Source of the DNA: Candidatus Enterousia sp.
GTDB lineage: Bacteria > Pseudomonadota > Alphaproteobacteria > Rs-D84
Direction of reading: 5' to 3'
Assembly (NCBI GenBank): GCA_045645065.1
Contig: JAZRIB010000013.1
Location: 230 to 64,229, forward strand
Length of the DNA: 64,000 bases
Shown here: positions 59,380-64,000 of the stretch, piece after piece
How positions within the stretch are numbered: the first letter of the stretch is position 1
How the letters are laid out: each line of letters begins with the position of its first letter
Position numbers and translations under genes: made by a program
The notes under the pieces: generated by a model
Database searches by the model: none
The model's input: only the letters and a program-made list of their open reading frames with translations
Told to the model about the DNA's origin: nothing

Positions 59380-60528
59380 ATGTTTGATATTCCATCGCGC
59401 ACCGAAGACAGTAAATTTACCAGTTGGTACTATGGCACAGACCGTAAATTGCTGGGGTATGTTTTGGGGCTGATATTTATTGGTATGTTGTGTGTTGTAT
59501 CTGCTGGTTCTGTCCAGGCACTGCGCAAAGGGTGGGAATGGTATTTCTTTTTACAAAAAATGTTACCTTTCTATATTGTTGGTATTGGCACTTTGTTTGT
59601 TGCCAGTATGTTGAACAAGAAATGGGTTTTAGGCATATCTGCATTAAATGTTGCAGTATGTTTTTTACTGTTGTTATGGACTGTTATAAACCCTGTGGCC
59701 AGTCACGGTTCCGAACGTTGGGCGGTTATTGGTGGTTTGCAATTAATGCCGTCTGATATTATGAAGCCAGGCTTGGTCATAATAACTGCGTGGTTTTTGG
59801 CCCAGATGAAAGAAAAATTTGGCGATAATATATTTTTGAACCCGTTACCATGGCGGTTTGCGAAATTATCGTGGTGGACATATTTAATTCCATTCGGTCT
59901 GGTATTGTTAATCTTGTTCCGCCAGCCTGATATTGGAACAACATTGTTGTTTATGGTTGTGGTTGGAACAATGTTGTTTATTGCAGGATTACCGCGCAAG
60001 ATTTGGTTGCCATTGTTTGGTGTTTTTGGTGGTGTTGGTTTTCTGGCGTTTTTATTTGCGCCACACGTACATCGTCGTGTTTTGGAATTTTTTAAGCCTC
60101 TTGATCCCACGACCCAGGTTGGTTATTCTGTTAATGCAATTCGCCAAGGTGGCTTGTTTGGTATGGGGGACGAAGCCTTTGCCAAAGAATCATTGCCTGA
60201 TGCGCACACAGACTTTATTTTTGCAGCACTGGCCGAAGATTGGGGTGCGATATTAGCGTGTGGGTTATTGGTATTGTTGTTGATTGTTATTCGTCGCCTT
60301 ACGGTTACAGCGATGTCTGCACGTGATACGTTTGTGTTTTATGCTGTTGGTGGCACCACGGCGTTATTTGCGGCCCAGATTTGTATAAATTTGGCAACGA
60401 CATTGGGTTTAATGCCACCAAAAGGAATGACATTGCCGTTTATTTCATCCGGGGGCAGTTCTTTTCTGGGATATTGCCTGTTGTTTGGTATGATATTGGC
60501 GATTGTCCGCGAAGATAAATGGAAATAG
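59380..60528 (+). CDS. ftsW: SEDS-family peptidoglycan polymerase FtsW
   Basis: MPSDIMKPGLVI, RQPDIGTTLL, DFIFAALAEDWG and PFISSGGSS are SEDS motifs. It lies between mraY and murG. Confidence 0.9.
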   Translation: MFDIPSRTEDSKFTSWYYGTDRKLLGYVLGLIFIGMLCVVSAGSVQALRKGWEWYFFLQKMLPFYIVGIGTLFVASMLNKKWVLGISALNVAVCFLLLLWTVINPVASHGSERWAVIGGLQLMPSDIMKPGLVIITAWFLAQMKEKFGDNIFLNPLPWRFAKLSWWTYLIPFGLVLLILFRQPDIGTTLLFMVVVGTMLFIAGLPRKIWLPLFGVFGGVGFLAFLFAPHVHRRVLEFFKPLDPTTQVGYSVNAIRQGGLFGMGDEAFAKESLPDAHTDFIFAALAEDWGAILACGLLVLLLIVIRRLTVTAMSARDTFVFYAVGGTTALFAAQICINLATTLGLMPPKGMTLPFISSGGSSFLGYCLLFGMILAIVREDKWK

Positions 60529-60544
60529 TTAAGGGGTGTATACA

Positions 60545-61591
60545 ATGAAAGTATGGATTGCAACAGGTGGTACCGGTGGGCATGTTTTTCCGGCCATGGC
60601 TGTGGCATCAGAACTTGTTGCGCGTGGCTGTTGTGTAACAATTTCATGCGATGGTCGTGTACGTGAAATGGTTCGTAAATCACGACCACATGGTGCGAAA
60701 ATGGCACATGTATGGGCGTCTGGCGTTGGTGCAAAAAGCAAGATTAAACAGTTCTATGCATTGTTCAAAATCGGTGTATCCGCGGTTGTGTTAACGTTGC
60801 GTTTTATGGTGTTTCGTCCAGATCGTGTTGTTGCGTTTGGTGGTTACGCGTCTGTGCCGGCGGTTTTTGCAGCACACGTATGGCACGTGCCGACCTTTTT
60901 ACACGAACAAAATGCAGCCATTGGTCGTGCGAATAAATTTACAATGCGCTGGGTAAAAACATTGATGACCAGTTTTCCAGATGTTACCGGAATACCATCT
61001 GGTTCATCTGCGCGTGTAATTTATACAGGATTGCCAGTGCGTCGTGAAATATTGGCGGCGTCTGGTGCGCCATTACCTGGGGCGGAACGATTGTTGGTAA
61101 CTGGTGGTTCGTTGGGGGCAACGATTCTGGATGATATTGTGCCACCTGCAATTGTTGCGATGAAAAACAAAAAGATTTTTGTTACCCACCAAACACGTCC
61201 AGAAAATGTTGCGCGTTTGCAAAAGTTTTATGCAGATAATAAAATCCACGCCAATGTATTATCTTTTATAAACGATATGGCGGGTGCGATTGCCGGCGCT
61301 GATTTAGTTATCGGGCGCAGTGGCGCATCAACAGTTATCGAACTGGAAACAATTGGTCGTCCTGCGATATTGGTGCCATTAAATATCAATCCAGACCAGG
61401 CTGCTAATGCGGCATCTTATGCGCGTCTTGGGGGTGGGTTTGCCATAGAACAGTCTAAATTTACACAAAAGTGGTTAACAGCCACATTGGTTGAATTGTT
61501 TGATAATCCATCGCGATTAAATAAAATGGCCCAGAAATCACATGTAAAAAATAATGCGGTTACACTAATATGTGATGCAATTATGTCGTAA
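60545..61591 (+). CDS. murG: UDP-N-acetylglucosamine--N-acetylmuramyl-(pentapeptide) pyrophosphoryl-undecaprenol GlcNAc transferase
   Basis: MKVWIATGGTGGHVFPA, HEQNA, and GRSGASTVIELETIGRPAILVP. ATG 60545 sits 8 nt behind an AAGGGG RBS. Confidence 0.93.
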   Translation: MKVWIATGGTGGHVFPAMAVASELVARGCCVTISCDGRVREMVRKSRPHGAKMAHVWASGVGAKSKIKQFYALFKIGVSAVVLTLRFMVFRPDRVVAFGGYASVPAVFAAHVWHVPTFLHEQNAAIGRANKFTMRWVKTLMTSFPDVTGIPSGSSARVIYTGLPVRREILAASGAPLPGAERLLVTGGSLGATILDDIVPPAIVAMKNKKIFVTHQTRPENVARLQKFYADNKIHANVLSFINDMAGAIAGADLVIGRSGASTVIELETIGRPAILVPLNINPDQAANAASYARLGGGFAIEQSKFTQKWLTATLVELFDNPSRLNKMAQKSHVKNNAVTLICDAIMS

Positions 61592-61592
61592 C

Positions 61593-61621
61593 AAAAACAC
61601 CTGTACCCATCAGGTGTTTTT
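61593..61621 (+). terminator. intrinsic terminator of murG
   Basis: Stem acacctg/caggtgt followed by T5. Confidence 0.75.
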
Positions 61622-61691
61622 GTTTATAAATTTTTCCGCTTGCACCGAATTCGCAATTTGTTCTATGATAAAAAACGGAAGGAAAGGGATT

Positions 61692-63011
61692 ATGCGTCAT
61701 ATAACTGTTTCAATCTTTTCGTTTTTGCTGGTTTTGCCTGCGTTTGCAGACGCACGGTTACCTGTTGTGAACCTGGCTTCGGCGGGTGTTTCTGCGCGTG
61801 CTGCGTTTGGTGAAACAATATCAACACCAAATGTTGAAAAAAAGCAATTGCCGAAAAAGAATGTTGTTGCACGTCCATCTGTTAAACGCACATCAAAGCC
61901 GTCACGTGTTGCGATGGATGTTGGCGAAACAAATTATGCATCAAATGATATATTGTTACCTAGTCGCCCCAGCAATGATTTGTGGGCGCATAATTCGTCA
62001 AATTTCGGTACTGCATCCGCAGATGCACCATTGCGTATGCCAAAGCCATCTGAATTCGCGGTATATCGCAGTGATGATGTTTTACCAGAAGAAAATTTGG
62101 ATTCATCATCAATGCCTGTGACATATGCGTATAACGATACCCCCAGTGTGAAATCACGTAACTCTGGTGCCAAGAAGTCTGAACTGGATGAACAAATTGA
62201 TCGCTTGGTTGAATTACAGCGTCGCGCGGATGAAAGTGTTTCTGTTGCGTCTGTAAATGTTGCACCACGTGTAATCGCGCGCCCCATCACAGAAGAAAAA
62301 GCAACGCCGGTTATTGAATCACGTGTGGCGTTGGCGGATGTTAAGCCTGTTGAAACTGTAAATGTTCGTCGTATGGTTGTCCCAATGGAATCACGTGATG
62401 TTGTTGTGCGCAGTGTTGAAAAAAATGAATCACCACGTATTGCTGCGGTACGTGAAGATATGACAAAATTAAGTCCGTCTGAATTACGTCGTGCATTTCG
62501 TAAAACGTTTTTATCTGAAAATAAACACTTGTCAACATATACGATGGATGATGTTTTTGACGTGGTCAGTGATATGGGCTCGTCTTCTGGGTCGTTTACA
62601 TCTGCGCGTGATTTAAGCGAAGATGCTGGAATTCGTCCGTTGGAAATCAAGATTAATTTCCGCAATGATGATTCATCTTTGTCGCGTGATAATTATAATT
62701 TGTTAAGTGAATATGCTGCAATTGTTGTTCATAATCCAACGCGTGCTATTCAGATTGCGATTCCTTCGCATGCAACCACAGATTCTGATACACGTAAATT
62801 AACTGCGCGGCGTTTGGCGATTGTTGAACAGGTGTTGCGTGATACCGGCGTTTCCCAGCAGCGTATTGTGCCTGTGTTGTCACAACGTGACGAATCTGGT
62901 TTTGTTTTACGTGTAATCTCGAATGAACAATTTGAAACGTTGTCACAACAGAAAAAAAATATTTTTGGTGATACGGTTTCTAATAAAAAATACAAAAGTA
63001 TGACGTGGTAA
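61692..63011 (+). CDS. secreted protein with degenerate C-terminal OmpA-like domain
   Basis: Signal peptide MRHITVSIFSFLLVLPAFADA, a long low-complexity region, and C-terminal FRNDDSSLSRDNYNLLSEYA...TRKLTARRLAIVEQVLRDTGVSQQRIV. GGAAGG RBS. Confidence 0.65.
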   Translation: MRHITVSIFSFLLVLPAFADARLPVVNLASAGVSARAAFGETISTPNVEKKQLPKKNVVARPSVKRTSKPSRVAMDVGETNYASNDILLPSRPSNDLWAHNSSNFGTASADAPLRMPKPSEFAVYRSDDVLPEENLDSSSMPVTYAYNDTPSVKSRNSGAKKSELDEQIDRLVELQRRADESVSVASVNVAPRVIARPITEEKATPVIESRVALADVKPVETVNVRRMVVPMESRDVVVRSVEKNESPRIAAVREDMTKLSPSELRRAFRKTFLSENKHLSTYTMDDVFDVVSDMGSSSGSFTSARDLSEDAGIRPLEIKINFRNDDSSLSRDNYNLLSEYAAIVVHNPTRAIQIAIPSHATTDSDTRKLTARRLAIVEQVLRDTGVSQQRIVPVLSQRDESGFVLRVISNEQFETLSQQKKNIFGDTVSNKKYKSMTW

Positions 63012-63724
63012 AGATTTTTATAAAATCTGTTATTGATTTTTTATTTCCGCCGGCGTGCCCATTATGTGGTGCGCCGGTATCAATTCATGGCGAATTATGT
63101 GCAGATTGTTGGACGTCGTTTAATTGGATTGATGGTGCCAAATGTGTACGTTGTGGATATCCGTTTGCGATAGATATGGATAATGCAATGTGTCCGGTAT
63201 GTGCTTCTGGTCAATGTGAATTGGATTGGATACGTTCGGCGTGTGTTTATGATGACGCGTCTAAAATGGCGATGTTGCCGTTTAAGCATTGTGGTCGTAT
63301 TTCGTATTCGAAATTTATGTCGCGTGCAATGATTTGGGCGCTGCACGATGTTGTTTTAACGGATATTGATTTGGTTATGCCTGTTCCATTGGCTCGTCGT
63401 CGCTTGTTTTATCGTGCCTATAACCAGGCTGCATTACTGGCGCGTCCGATTGCGCGCGTATTGGGGGTATGTATTGATTATAGTTCTGTGTCACGTAAAT
63501 ATCGTCGTGATATGGGACATATGAATTCGCGTGAACGTGCCCGAAATATACACGGCGTATTTAATGTAGTTTGTCCTGAAAACATACGTGGAAAAAATAT
63601 ATTGTTGGTTGATGATGTGATGACATCTGGCGCAACGTTTCGCGAACTAAGACGTGTGTTAATTGATTCTGGTGCGGCCAATGTTTATGGTGTCACATTT
63701 TGTCGTGTTGTCCGCGGTGCCTAG
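63005..63724 (+). CDS. comF: ComF-family protein (phosphoribosyltransferase domain)
   Basis: N-terminal zinc-finger-like CPLCG...CADCW and CVRCG...CPVC, plus the PRTase motif ILLVDDVMTSGAT. GTG start. Confidence 0.85.
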   Translation: MVKIFIKSVIDFLFPPACPLCGAPVSIHGELCADCWTSFNWIDGAKCVRCGYPFAIDMDNAMCPVCASGQCELDWIRSACVYDDASKMAMLPFKHCGRISYSKFMSRAMIWALHDVVLTDIDLVMPVPLARRRLFYRAYNQAALLARPIARVLGVCIDYSSVSRKYRRDMGHMNSRERARNIHGVFNVVCPENIRGKNILLVDDVMTSGATFRELRRVLIDSGAANVYGVTFCRVVRGA

Positions 63725-64000
63725 GCATCATATTCGCGATTTTTGTACTTGGTTATTACACCAAATTTGTTTCGTGTTTTGATATATTCGTTTAATAAGA
63801 TTTTCTGTCTGCACGCCTGTAAAATATCGATAATATCTTTTACCTTTGACGGGATGTTCTTAGTATTTGTGTTTATCATGACTTGTGTCAAGATATCGTT
63901 ATCAACTATTATTGTAAAACACATGATAACTTCATTTTGTGGCGTTCTGTATTCTTCTTGTTGAAACGACAAAGACATTTCTTCTTCTGTAACAATAGTG
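63721..64000 (-). CDS. hypothetical protein (N-terminus may lie beyond the window end)
   Basis: The minus-strand frame is open from base 64000 (TIVTEEEMSLSFQQEEY...). Its stop overlaps the comF stop region. No recognisable domain. Confidence 0.4.
   Translation of the reverse strand, partial: TIVTEEEMSLSFQQEEYRTPQNEVIMCFTIIVDNDILTQVMINTNTKNIPSKVKDIIDILQACRQKILLNEYIKTRNKFGVITKYKNREYDA

Noticed and set aside
61934-62665. 243-aa minus-strand ORF antisense to the 61692..63011 gene; similarly 29417..29908, 54957..55469, 45205..45693 and 58797..59228 antisense to other genes.
   Set aside because: The sense frames carry signal peptides, conserved motifs and RBS sites. The antisense products are Ser/Arg-rich with no start signals.

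Overview
This 64-kb chromosomal window is gene-dense and moderately AT-rich. It looks alphaproteobacterial with a rearranged, probably reduced genome. That placement is an inference from a DUF4167 protein, a ZitP-like zinc-ribbon/DUF3426 protein, lptD-surA and rsmG-parA-parB neighbourhoods and a VirD4 homologue; a Rickettsiales/Holosporales-like lifestyle is a guess. I call 63 CDS and 2 tRNAs (Val-GAC, Ala-UGC). I saw no rRNA, CRISPR array, transposase or integrase.

Most genes are housekeeping:
- accBC, yidD-rnpA, mreB, and xseB-mutS-orf-truB-rpsO
- rsmE, rsmG-parAB, gpsA, der, dnaX, rluD, rlmN
- surA-like, lptD and an lptF/G-family permease; nusA-infB; ldh; sodB; cvpA; rpsU
- msbA-like, then mrcA-mraY-ftsW-murG, then comF

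Canonical operons are fragmented. There is no rimP, rbfA or pnp around nusA-infB or truB-rpsO, and no murD between mraY and ftsW. Many gene junctions overlap (ATGA or TAATG).

The most interesting region is 24.7-37.1 kb:
- A 153-aa type IV pilin-like gene is translationally coupled to dnaX and followed by an OmpA-domain lipoprotein.
- Divergently, three tandem paralogous 400-450 aa proteins have prepilin-like N-termini (PilV-like by my recollection). They are followed by a ZitP-like polar zinc-finger protein, a small secreted Cys protein and rluD.
- Next comes a 1046-aa secreted protein with about 40 Cys in strictly spaced repeated modules and two Gly-rich C-terminal hydrophobic helices.
- No pilus ATPase, platform, secretin or prepilin peptidase occurs anywhere in the window.

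Other notable items:
- an orphan virD4/traG-type coupling protein
- a 3'-truncated gene at the left edge with two transglutaminase-like Cys-His-Asp cores next to tRNA-Val
- two parS-like palindromes upstream of parA
- a very stereotyped family of short GC-stem bidirectional terminators

Everything rests on manual reading of the sequence and translations; no database search was run.
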